Source: Sphaeroforma arctica JP610
Lineage: Eukaryota
Direction of reading: 5' to 3'
DNA: 20,000 nt
Assembly: GCF_001186125.1 (NCBI RefSeq)
Contig: NW_014040420.1
Span: 116,493 to 136,492 of the forward strand
How positions within the stretch are numbered: position 1 is the first letter of the stretch; each line of letters opens with the position of its first letter. The notes below the pieces were generated by a model. It saw only the letters and a list, made by a program, of their open reading frames with translations, did no database searches and was not told where the DNA came from. Below are positions 9,640 to 19,940 of this stretch, in pieces. A program made the translations under genes and the position numbers.

Positions 9640-10590
9640 TACAACTCCCCCGGGAGAGTGGGCCCCCAGTGAGTCCACTCCCCGCGGGCCCGCCCGCCCC
9701 CCTATCTCAATAGAGTTAGAGAGAGAGGCCCGGGCCCCTACTGGGCCTACTCCCCCCCACCAAGACAGAGAGAGAGAGACAAAGATGTGGCAGTCAGCAC
9801 TCTGCAGTCTGCAGTTCTGCAGTTCTGCAGACAGCCAGACAGTCAGACACAGGCAGAGAGAGGCAGGGGGCGCCGGGGCGGGAATGGGAGAGAACGCGGT
9901 ATCCGTGGTTTTTGCCTTTTTAAGCTCACCGGCAAAATATACTCTAAAAAGTTAGTTAATGACCATATCGAACCAATAGTATTCATTTATTTTAACAAAG
10001 ACAGAAATCGTCAGAATCTCAGTCAATAGGAGAAGTAGCAAATTATCAGAGCGTCAAACTGACGGCTGTTCAGCAATCCGAGCTCAGTTCTCCGCTTTCA
10101 CACAGAAACACACAGTCACATGTGACATGGACCTCTGGATTAGGGTCTCTGGCTCCGCTACATTTACGATTTCCGCTCGAGACTCTGCTAGTACCAAGTA
10201 ATAGCGAGGCTATGAGACTTGAGAGTCACACAGTGATATTCTGACACACGTGTGTACATTCTTTTTTACGAATAAAAAAATCGGACTGTATTAAGGTCTC
10301 GTCTCGGTCTGACGTCTCAGACTCTCAGACTCTCCAGAGTCCAGAGTCCAGACTCTCAGTCTCACATCAGACAGTGAAAAGAGATCATAGGTGAGTCACT
10401 CTGAGTCTGAGACTTGAGACTTTGAACTTCTGAAGTCTGAAGTCTGAAGTCTGAGCCCTGATGAGGGGCTGATGAGTTGTTTATTTTATTTTGTATATAA
10501 ATATCACTGTTAAGACTTCGTAAATAAATACAACTCATGATCAGTGCTCAGTCACTGCTCACACAGTTGATTCAGAACTGTTCAGTCATT
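9640..10590. repeat. Micro-duplication/palindrome-rich spacer between the inverted paralogs
   Basis: TCTGCAG(T) x4 at 9801-9830, ctcagact/ccagagt tandem runs at 10314-10362, gagactt x2 and tctgaag x3 at 10408-10455, palindromes gtcacatgtgac 10115-10126 and acacacgtgtgt 10244-10255. Confidence 0.7.
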
Positions 10591-10897
10591 GTATGTCCAT
10601 AATTTTTTATTTTTAGAAAAATATTTGTTTGTATTTGTTTGAGTTTTTATCTTTTGGGTGGTTTTATTTATAAAATCGAATATTTACAAACAAATATTGT
10701 TTGTAAAATGTTTCAGGCAATTTTTACATAGCCTTCTCGTTTAATTGATTTTTAAGTTAAAAAAAGAGCTATTTTTTCCTCTCTCATGATGATATTCTGG
10801 TCACCTCTGGGGAGTGACTTGTACAATAACATAGTAAAGAGAGTGAGACGTTCGTAGGCCGAATGGTGATTCCAAACTTCCACCCCCTGTCAATATG

Positions 10898-10915
10898 TAT
10901 AAATACGTATAAATA
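10898..10915 (+). promoter_or_regulatory. Tandem TATA-like boxes upstream of paralog B
   Basis: TATAAATA at 10898-10905 and 10908-10915, about 85-100 nt before the ATG at 11001. The AT-rich background lowers specificity. Confidence 0.35.
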
Positions 10916-11000
10916 AAGCAAAGCGGACCACCAGTCGAGCACACATAACAATCATAAATATTTACACACGTTCATCTGAAAAATACGTATATCAAGAATC

Positions 11001-11399
11001 ATGAATGTTCTAACTGGTGTACTGGCTTACCATTCCTTGGCGACCCTTGTTTTCTCTCCTATGCTCATATTCGCACCGGAGAAGCTCATGAAGGCAGGCC
11101 GCAAAGCAGAGGCCAAGAAAAATGATGCACCAACAAGCGTGTCTAAAAAACCAGACAAGACGGCTACTGTCATGCGTTTCTGTGGCATTTGGGTATTCTA
11201 CGGAGGCTTATCGTCCCTTTACGCTACGGGATATTTCTCTCCTGTTCCGACCGAGCTTCAAGTGCTTGTTGCTGGAGGGCTGGCGTTTATTCACGCGTCG
11301 GAGGCTGTGATGAAGATGATGTACACTGACAGCCATATGTCAAATACACACATGGCTGTGCTGCTTACCGGAGCGGTGTTATACACCCGCAACATGTAA
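11001..11399 (+). CDS. Small intronless ~4-TM membrane protein, paralog B (remote ERG28-like motifs)
   Basis: 132-aa ORF; shares VLAYH, FSPML.FAPE.LMK.GRK, CGIWVFYGGL.SLYATGYFS, H..E...KM.YT and N.H with 9005..9412. Confidence 0.87.
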   Translation: MNVLTGVLAYHSLATLVFSPMLIFAPEKLMKAGRKAEAKKNDAPTSVSKKPDKTATVMRFCGIWVFYGGLSSLYATGYFSPVPTELQVLVAGGLAFIHASEAVMKMMYTDSHMSNTHMAVLLTGAVLYTRNM

Positions 11400-11949
11400 G
11401 GCACTGGTTCCAATGTAAGTGCCCTAAGTGCTCATCGGACAGCTTCTGCACATAATGTGCGAGTATATACCACGCAATATGCGAGGAGCTTCTTGCTATG
11501 CAGATAATAATATGTTTTTATGTATGGATGGATATATAAGCTGCGTATTTTGAGAGTTCACATGAGCACAGATGTACCAAACAAGGGCGACGGGGAATAT
11601 TTATGGAGTGATATAATTAGTATGGGCCACGTGCGTACGAATCTATAAGTTCGAGAAAAATAAATAACTTGATATTTAGAATCAAATCTTGTCAAGATAG
11701 TGCTGTTAAAGCTTAAAACCTGACAACAAGGCACAAATCCAATGCATCAGCGGATATAGTTGTGTTGTTAAAAGGTGCACTATCACTACTGTTCTAATCT
11801 TTTGTCTTGCCCTCCAGATCCATTTCGTTTGGGATAATGATATCGGCATCGCCAAACAATGCTGTTGCTGGTCGCCAACCAGTTTGTATCTTTCTCCGTA
11901 TTGTATTCCAGCACAAGCTCTATTGCAAACTTGGTGTTGCGTGACGACT

Positions 11950-12900
11950 ATTATTGGCCTGAAGCTAAAACAACTCGAGCACTAATCTAGGGTAGGATAT
12001 GAGCCGACACAACGTCCATAAGACTCCGACGCACATAGGTATTGTGTTTCCCATAACAACTTCGAGGATGTAGACTTCCTCCTTCCAATGCACGCCTATA
12101 TCAAAGAAAGATGAATGATGGCTGGTCCAGCCACGATGCACTGGCCCTCTGTCATCTCTGGAAAAACATTAGGCCTAAGGGGTGTGCAATCACACCTCCT
12201 ATTGGGGCTTCACGGGAAGACCTGAAGCCTGAAGGGCTGAAGGTGTGTTTACTGTTTCATTTGCGAACAAAACGATTGAACGACCCAATATTTATTTCTT
12301 ATCCCAGCGGCAGCATCTAGAGGCATCTTTATACCCTAAAACCCTTGTCAAATTTTGAAGAAAAAAAATTCACAAAGGACCTCTCTAATAAGAGTCATGA
12401 AAATCAAATACCTATGTATTTACTCGTTTTTAAAGGGCACATACACGGCAGTGAAGTATTGCATTCTTCAGAATTGGACGTGCCAGCTTCCTTTCAAGAG
12501 CAAAGAAACATCTCTCGACTCAAATCCGTGCGGCCTCAGTCAGGTATGTCTCGTTTTGGTGGCGCTGTACGTGAGCAAATTGTATTATATTACGTCAGTA
12601 TTTTAACGTACCATTGCGGGGGTTGCGCGGCAAGGTCTAAAACTTGCCTATCGACTCTTCGAAAGGAATCGTCGGATGTTCAATAAGGTAGACTCGTTCA
12701 TACAAAATTAGGTGTAGTTGGTCCCAATCTGATCTTGATTCAATGTATACATTTCTTTCAGGCTGATGTTATGATAGTTTCGTTCTCCCAGTTGTATCAT
12801 ATTTTTGCTTGACCCGTGAATCAGTGAATCTTATGCATCGGTATATAATCATGATTTTCTGTAGTCAAGCCAGTAACCGCCAGACCACTGCACAAAGCAT
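11950..12900 (-). mobile_element. Tentative, heavily eroded Ty3/Gypsy pol remnant
   Basis: On the - strand, in the expected order but in mixed frames: GLAVTGL (12886-12866; cf. GITVTGL in ORF 19172), SKFDKGF..MPL (~12360-12320), PLGLMFFQR (12181-12155), FFDIGVHWKEEVYILEVV (~12108-12055, YxDD-region-like). Many stops and indels. Confidence 0.3.
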
Positions 12901-13129
12901 GCACTATTTCATGGTCCATATAGTTTTAGTATGTGCCCCATACCTTTAAGTGTATATAGCCTCCTAAATGGAACTTTAAGTGGCTATGGTATATTTTTAC
13001 GGATATGTTGGGTTTGTATGACTCAAGGCTTCAAATTGGATTGGACTTACTATTGTTGGTTTTCAAGACTCGTATATCTGTACACAATGAGGTGGATCGA
13101 TATCTTTGCAGCTCAGACAATCAAACATA

Positions 13130-13626
13130 AGTATGTGTATATCTATATCTATATCTATCTATATATATNNNNNNNNNNNNNNNNNNNNNNNNNNNNNNNN
13201 NNNNNNNNNNNNNNNNNNNNNNNNNNNNNNNNNNNNNNNNNNNNNNNNNNNNNNNNNNNNNNNNNNNNNNNNNNNNNNNNNNNNNNNNNNNNNNNNNNNN
13301 NNNNNNNNNNNNNNNNNNNNNNNNNNNNNNNNNNNNNNNNNNNNNNNNNNNNNNNNNNNNNNNNNNNNNNNNNNNNNNNNNNNNNNNNNNNNNNNNNNNN
13401 NNNNNNNNNNNNNNNNNNNNNNNNNNNNNNNNNNNNNNNNNNNNNNNNNNNNNNNNNNNNNNNNNNNNNNNNNNNNNNNNNNNNNNNNNNNNNNNNNNNN
13501 NNNNNNNNNNNNNNNNNNNNNNNNNNNNNNGCATGTATGTATGCATGTATGTATATATATGTGTGTGTATGTATGTATGTATGTATGTATATATATATAT
13601 GTGTGTGTGTGTGTATGTGTGTGTGT
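13130..13626. other. Assembly gap (N 13169-13530) within a TA/TATG/TG microsatellite
   Basis: 362 Ns flanked by (TATC/TA)n on the left and (TATG/TG)n on the right. Confidence 0.98.
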
Positions 13627-14116
13627 ATTTTTTGTATTGTGGTGGGTGTTGTGTGGATACTTGTTAACTCTCTGACAAGCGAATTCGATCTTCGAACGGT
13701 TACATATTCTCACGCACGAAATCTAATTATATCAAAGTGGCATAGAAATGGATCAAATTCGCAAAAGAATGTGCCTTTCAAATAATCTCGTGTGGAAAAA
13801 TTCGTTAGTTGAGTAGTCTGCATTGTCAAAAGCGTATTTTATTTAAACTAATAGGACCTTTATTCACATCGAGAAATGCATTAGATGTGTAAAATTTCAC
13901 AGTGTATTTCAATGTTGTAAGTACTGGTTTGTATATAAGTACATGTGGAGGTCACAGAACCACTTGTGGGTGTGGATATTATTATTTTCCGGCGTATACA
14001 GAAAAGATTACCTCCGCAAATGGTTACAGGTGAATATGTATGTGGTAAGTTATACCGATACAGAACATATACTAATATCTATCTACACTCACGCCCACCG
14101 TACTGTCTCCTACATA

Positions 14117-15350
14117 ATGCACATGGCATCTCCGCGGTTCAGTGTAGATATCTGGACACACATTATCCAGCATCTGAGTTCGAAGGATGTTCTGGAGCTC
14201 TCAGTCTCCTCGCGCCACTTCCACAGTTTGGGTATGTTAGCTATGTGGCTGGCTGTGGGAGGCAAAGCTTCGTTTAATAATACCAGCGACTTGGATAAGT
14301 TCGTCTCTTACTATCAGGATTTTGTTACTTCCCTCCATTATTTTCCTGGCCGACTGGGCCAGCCTCAACACGGAGATAACACCCGTGTTACGAGCCATAT
14401 CGCCGACTTATTGCCACTCGCGCGATGTCGCAACCTACACATAATTACACTAGACTTACGCAACCTTGACGCCAGCCTTAAACCTCTGGTGAACGCCCAA
14501 GTGATAGACCCCGCCCGTTATATCCGACATTGCCGTAGTACCATCAGTGTCGCACCACTTGCGCAGATAGCTGCGCAATCTGAGTATTCTTGTCATGGAA
14601 ATGGTCGTCGATTGGGATACACTAGAAATGTGCCCGGATCTGCAAACACTTGACTTATCTGTTGTACTCAGTGATTTCGATCTGAAGCCTGTACTGTGTT
14701 CTTCCCTACGTGCACTCGATATTACTTTGGCACCCCTGGTGTCTTGCAAAAATCTACACACTCTCACCATCTTTATGAATCAGCATATCACCAGCATTGA
14801 ACCGCTTGCCTCGTGCGTGGCGTTAAAACACCTCAAATTGGCTGCTTGCTTGGGCCTCACAACTATTGCACCGCTAGCCTCCTGTCACAGGTTACAGAGT
14901 TTCTCTACATACACTTGTCCAAATATAACAAGTTTTGCAGCGCTTTCCCAGTGTCCAAAACTAGAAACGGTAAGAATTTCCGGCTCTAGCCATATTCGTT
15001 GTCTCGATGTATTTGCGTCTTGCCGTAGTCTACGGGCACTGTATATAAACAGGTGCAAGAATATCGTCAATCTCGAGCCGCTTGCTACCTGTTCGGCTTT
15101 GCGTAAATTATACATAAATCAATGCGACCGTATTACGAGCCTCGAGTCTCTCGCAGCGTGTCAGGCTTTAGAAACTCTGACCATCAAAGAGTGCTCAGGT
15201 TTTACTAATGTTGCACTGCTGGCTGCTTGCCAGGCATTAAAGACCCTAACCATCAAAAACTGTTCCAATTTGACTGATCCGAGCGGTTTCAGTGCTCTGC
15301 TGCCCCTGTCGGTCCCTAAAAATCACGTACGGGGATTGAATGTGAAATAA
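14117..15350 (+). pseudogene. F-box + leucine-rich repeat (23-aa, Cys-containing) protein with a frame break at ~14570; pseudogene, sequencing error or small intron
   Basis: F-box-like FSVDIWTHIIQHLSSKDVLELSVSSRHFHSL follows ATG 14117/14123. LRRs such as ITSIEPLASCVALKHLKLAACLG, IVNLEPLATCSALRKLYINQCDR and ITSLESLAACQALETLTIKECSG lie in ORF 14595..15350. The LRR register moves from the first frame (ISVAPLAQ) to the second (LRNLSILVME) at 14567-14571, where the second frame has a TAG. Confidence 0.8.
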
Positions 15351-16983
15351 ATGACAGTTAAACATTGGTACACTACAGTACGATTCAGAGCAGAAACTTT
15401 ATACTTCAATCTGTATATACATCCGTCTACTTTATATCGGACCTCCTGCAATCAGGTATAAGAATAGTCTTATCAGAACTCGATTAGGAAAAAAAGTCGC
15501 AGTTAGAAATACAGATAATAGCCATTTTTATTTTTATTGTTCAAGTACAACCACCAACGAAATGGGGCAAATGCCATAATTTTGTGATGAAACCGAAAAC
15601 CGTAAATACACATGCATCGTAATAGGCGCATACGTAGTAGCGTCGTAGACGAGAGATATGCATAGCAGTAGTTGCGTATACACTTTACATCAATGTCCAA
15701 ACAAATGCAATTGAATATCACATATACTTTATTGACAGCCTTGAGTAGGTCAATCGCCCAATCTTGCCAAGTTGCCAGGCAAAACTTGCAGACAGCTGGA
15801 TGATTTGTATTTAAGGAACCAGCTTCCGTGACACACTGCTCATCGCCGACTATGTATCTCACTTCTCTACGCATTTCCAGATGTCGACCTATGTCTGAAT
15901 TTTTATGACACATATGCAGTCGATACGGGTATGTGAACTTTCTTCTGCTATAGGAAAATATAAAGTATGCACATGCGCTGTGATATTAATGTACGATTAT
16001 ATAATCCAAAACATAATGTCTATTCTCAACTGTCGAGCTGATGTATAATATCATCTGTGTATGTTTCTGTTTGTGATTTTGCGCCTGTACCCGTGTTTTT
16101 GTGGTGACCCTATTTTTATTGTGTAGTTGCTTAAAACTAAATACAACATACAACCGATGCTGACATGCGTTCCTAGCAGCAGTAAGAATCTGATCGAGTA
16201 TGTTATTTCAAACATTCGAAGGTTATGAGGTTATATGTAGGCGTCAATAAAATTTGATAGACCGTCTGATGCGGTAACCGACAATAGGAATATGCTATAA
16301 TCAGCGGTAGTCCTTTCAGAGTATTGCATTGCTGCGCCAGCCTGCACCAAAATTGCACACAATATCATAGCCGCAACATTATGATTACAAGGTTTGTCCC
16401 AGAATTAGAATAGTGACTCGACTTCAAGCAAATAACATGGAAATAGACAATTATAGACACTGAGATCTTACTGTGTACACCCATGTGTGGCAAGTCCGCC
16501 GAGTCACGGGCGTGGTAGCCTATTCCACAATATACGTCATTGTAAACCTCGGTCACACACGCAGACGATTCATTTCGCGGGCTGAAAATACGAGAGACTG
16601 ATCTCAACAGTTGATCTGCCTGTATTGCTGACTATACTATATGACTCTGCATTGAAATAAGGGCAAGTCATTACAAAGCACAATGACAACATATATAAAA
16701 TCAAGACATCGTAATCTCATATGTACGGAAAGAAGCGAAAGTATCTCTCCAAATCCAATCTCTATTAGACTGCTATTAGACTGATTCGACATTACTGACC
16801 CGCAGCCAGCAATAAATGAACTGAAGTACCAAGTTGTTAAAAAAATGACTATTCCAACAAACTTTGTGCCATGTACGATATAAAAAGGTCACTTTTAGAA
16901 TTGATAGGAATCACAGACAAATCTTAGTCGATTCATCTTACCTGTTCGCCAAAAGTTGTCGTGCACAATGTGTGACGAGACCG

Positions 16984-17840
16984 ACAATTACTTAAGGTCC
17001 AGGAAAAGATGCAAAAGTTTGAATGGGGAAATCATGCAAATATTTGAATCGAGTAGTTGACACCATAGAGGAAATAATGCGGCAATCAGAAGTTGTTAAC
17101 GTGTATAGGAAGCAACAATATGTTATATTCTATCGATTCTGAATAGGAAAGTCTATGCTTAAAATAATCACCATGTCGACAATTGGTAGTGTGCCTAAAA
17201 ACCCTAAATCTTAAGTTTTGACGCGCAATAAGGTCAGTTACACACATATAGTCGATTTTGCGATATGAAAGGGATGTCAGTTTTACAATAGATGAGAAAA
17301 GCAGACAAATCCTAATCGACTCGATAGAGAAACATTCGCTTAGCTTAAAAACAAGTGGTATTTTCCCTGCTTGCTAACAACTGTTTTGCACAAGCAGCGC
17401 GACGGCTTGGCGTCTACTGATGGAGGGAGCCGGAGGCTCGATAGAGGGTAGATAAATTAAGCATATACTAACAATTACATAGGGTCTGAGAAATCATGCA
17501 AATATTCCAGTGCAAATAGTTCAGCACACACCCCGAAGTCAACATTCTGTAAATACTCATAGCGCACCCAGCCTCTCGCCGCTCGTGGGTGTGCTCTCAT
17601 ACAGCTAGCGCAGATCAGCTCGAGCTGAATACACGCCTTATCCAATACAAGTGATATTTCTTCTGTACATCAACTATTGTCTTGCACATTGTATGTACAT
17701 ACTAACAATTACACAGGGTCTGGAAAATTATGGAAATATTCGAATTCTGCCGAGTAAACACTCCAGGCCAACTAGAGATTTATGTGGGTTGAGCCGAGTG
17801 GGCATGCGGCAAATAATAAGCCATACCTTTTCCAGAAACA
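16984..17840. repeat. Family of degenerate repeats including a ~120-bp imperfect palindrome (MITE-like)
   Basis: atactaacaattacaYagggtctg..aaatYatg.aaatattc at 17465-17507 and 17699-17741, with weaker copies at 16984-17049. 17719-17770 pairs imperfectly with 17786-17836. Confidence 0.5.
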
Positions 17841-17939
17841 AACATGGGAAACGGGTCTATATAAAAGGTGGAAAGGTGATTGCAGCAAACTAACCAAAAG
17901 TAGGCTTCGATTCTTACAACTGTGAGGTTTCAAGACAAC

Positions 17940-18695
17940 TATAGGAGAAATTGGACAACACGAGGATGTATATGGTTATCTAGAGCAAGGCAACCAATTT
18001 CAAATCTTTTGACAAGTTGGAACTAAATCGCTATTTAAGCGATGTTAACCGCACTCGCCATATCTTTTTCTCAGGTGAGGAAAAGTTGATAAATCTTCGA
18101 CTTTTGTTGAATTTGGCTAAAGTGTGCTTACCAATATTATGCTAGATATCATTCGATCACGGCGAATTCAGTAACAACGGTTATACCCCCAGCGTATTAT
18201 GTTGAAGATGAGCTCACTTCGTTCATATTCAATCCTCCAATCCAGCAAGCACTCGTTTACTTCTAAAGAAATGTACAATAATGATGTCGACCAACATAAA
18301 GTTAAACTCTTGTCGCGCGGAGAGTACCAGACTATTTGAAAATTGCTACACAAAGAACATATTCACTAACAAATCGGGACATTGAAGCAATATGCGGACT
18401 GCTCGACATCTATTTTAACAAGATAATACACACAACAACACTATATCGAATACCACTCGCCGATACAACTTTCGATAGTAGATCGTAACACACCGAGGCT
18501 GAATCTTTATCGCACAAATCCATTTCATATCCACGGAATGGTGTTCTACCTATTAAATTATATAAATATAAAAATAGCCGCAAACAACTCAAAAGTACAG
18601 TATGATCCTACTAGAACTCGACACCCTTACAGCGCGAAAAAGATATCGTTACTGTGGTGAACATTTATCATCACTATTATTGTCATGGAGTCTAA
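17940..18695 (+). mobile_element. Probable eroded gag region of the Ty3/Gypsy element
   Basis: Coding-like fragments broken by stops, ending in a zinc-knuckle-like YRYCGEH..HYYC (frameshifted, ~18640-18685) upstream of the protease/RT remnant. Confidence 0.3.
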
Positions 18696-18707
18696 TGTGG
18701 AGGCCCC

Positions 18708-18819
18708 TACTCTTAATAGTACGAGGAACTTAAGTTTCCTAAATGTACTCTTAATAGTACGAGGAACTTAAGTCTCCTAAATGTGCTCTTAATAGAACGA
18801 GGAACTTAAGTTTCCTAAA
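18708..18819. repeat. Three-copy 38-bp tandem repeat made of near-palindromes
   Basis: tactcttaatagtacgaggaacttaagtttcctaaatg starting at 18708, 18746 and 18784, with 1-2 substitutions per unit. Confidence 0.95.
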
Positions 18820-19049
18820 ATGGTTTTTATTGGTTTTATTAATTAAACCTTTTCCATTTAACATATCAGATATTTGGATGAGGCCATTAAAAGGCCTCAG
18901 TAAAATACCAAACATAAAAGAGTTGGTCTAGTTCTATTAATAGAGCTTTATTTACTTTCTAATTTTATTTATATCTGAATACTTCGGTAGCGAGATGGCT
19001 CAACCGAATATAGGTTTCTAGGGACTATTAACGTTACCTAGTTGATCCT

Positions 19050-19940
19050 CCGATAAGCCAACCAGATGCGCCAGTCTGATGAAGGCTAAGTCGGTAATTC
19101 TTGACCAATAACTTGCCACTATTAAAACTCATCTCATTTTAGCTGATGATAAGATTTCTAAGTGTGATATCATGGCCACAGATGTAAAACTTTCCCTGGC
19201 TGATGATGAAAATATCACTACTCAAGCTGTGATCGTTAAGATGTCACAGAAGTCCGATATCATAGTCGGGATAAGCGATTTGCTCACGTTAGGAATAACC
19301 GTAACTGGTCTACATAACAACATAGATCCATTAAAGGATCAAACGGACGATAATTGTTTAGAACCATATACGCCACCGTTATACACAGTCAAGGAATTAA
19401 TACCTGACTTTGCAAACATGATAATGGATCTTATAATAGTTAATAAGAAGATAAAGATAACAGTCTGGGAAAAATTCCGCTTTAACGACGGATGCGTCAG
19501 TCTTGACCTAACTAAGGTACATGCCACTAAGATAAAATGCCCTTCAAGGATCTATGTTTCTTGGAGACATGAGGTTATAGTGAAAGAACAAGATAAAAAA
19601 TGGATAGCCGACGGGGTATAAAAAGCAATTACCAATAATTGCCAGTTAACTTGGCATCACTGGCCGTTGATCAAAATACCTCTGACGGAATATTTAAGAA
19701 AGTCAGGTATGTCTAGATATGAGTCCAATAAAAAGTAATTGCCAACTCATAGTTTTCATCTACCTCGTATAAACGAGCTACTGAGACGAATGGAAGGTGC
19801 TATGGTGTTTACAATCATAGACCTGACACACGGGTATCATCAAATGCAAATTTATGAACCCCCCCACCTCCCCAGGTAAATACTTTAGCATTACGTGGAA
19901 GTGTAAGCAATACCGATTTAAAGGAGCACCTTTCGTGTAG
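19050..19940 (+). mobile_element. Degenerate Ty3/Gypsy LTR retrotransposon pol (aspartic protease C-half + RT N-half)
   Basis: Protease-like LADD...DIIVGISDLLTLGI, then KW..DGV, KVR/CLDM, HLPRINELLRRMEGAMVFTIIDLTHGYHQMQI and TWKCKQYRFKGAPF. Several stops and frameshifts; similarity ends before YxDD at ~19940. Confidence 0.9.

Noticed and set aside
9787..10029. 80-aa ORF in the spacer
   Set aside because: Non-ATG start and low-complexity content derived from micro-repeats.
12931..13785. Long ORFs spanning the gap
   Set aside because: Open only because of Ns and flanking microsatellite.
14456..15115. - strand ORFs 14456..14770 and 14885..15115
   Set aside because: Antisense to the LRR coding region, with no independent coding signal.
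16240..16340. CNTLKGLPLII on the - strand, reminiscent of the NB-ARC GLPL motif
   Set aside because: No P-loop or other NB-ARC motifs nearby; a 4-residue match is expected by chance.
16762..16783. ctattagactg x2, a possible transposon footprint
   Set aside because: An isolated 11-bp tandem duplication with no associated element ends.
18708..18819. CRISPR-like palindromic 38-bp repeats
   Set aside because: The units are directly adjacent with no spacers, there are no cas genes, and the context is eukaryotic.
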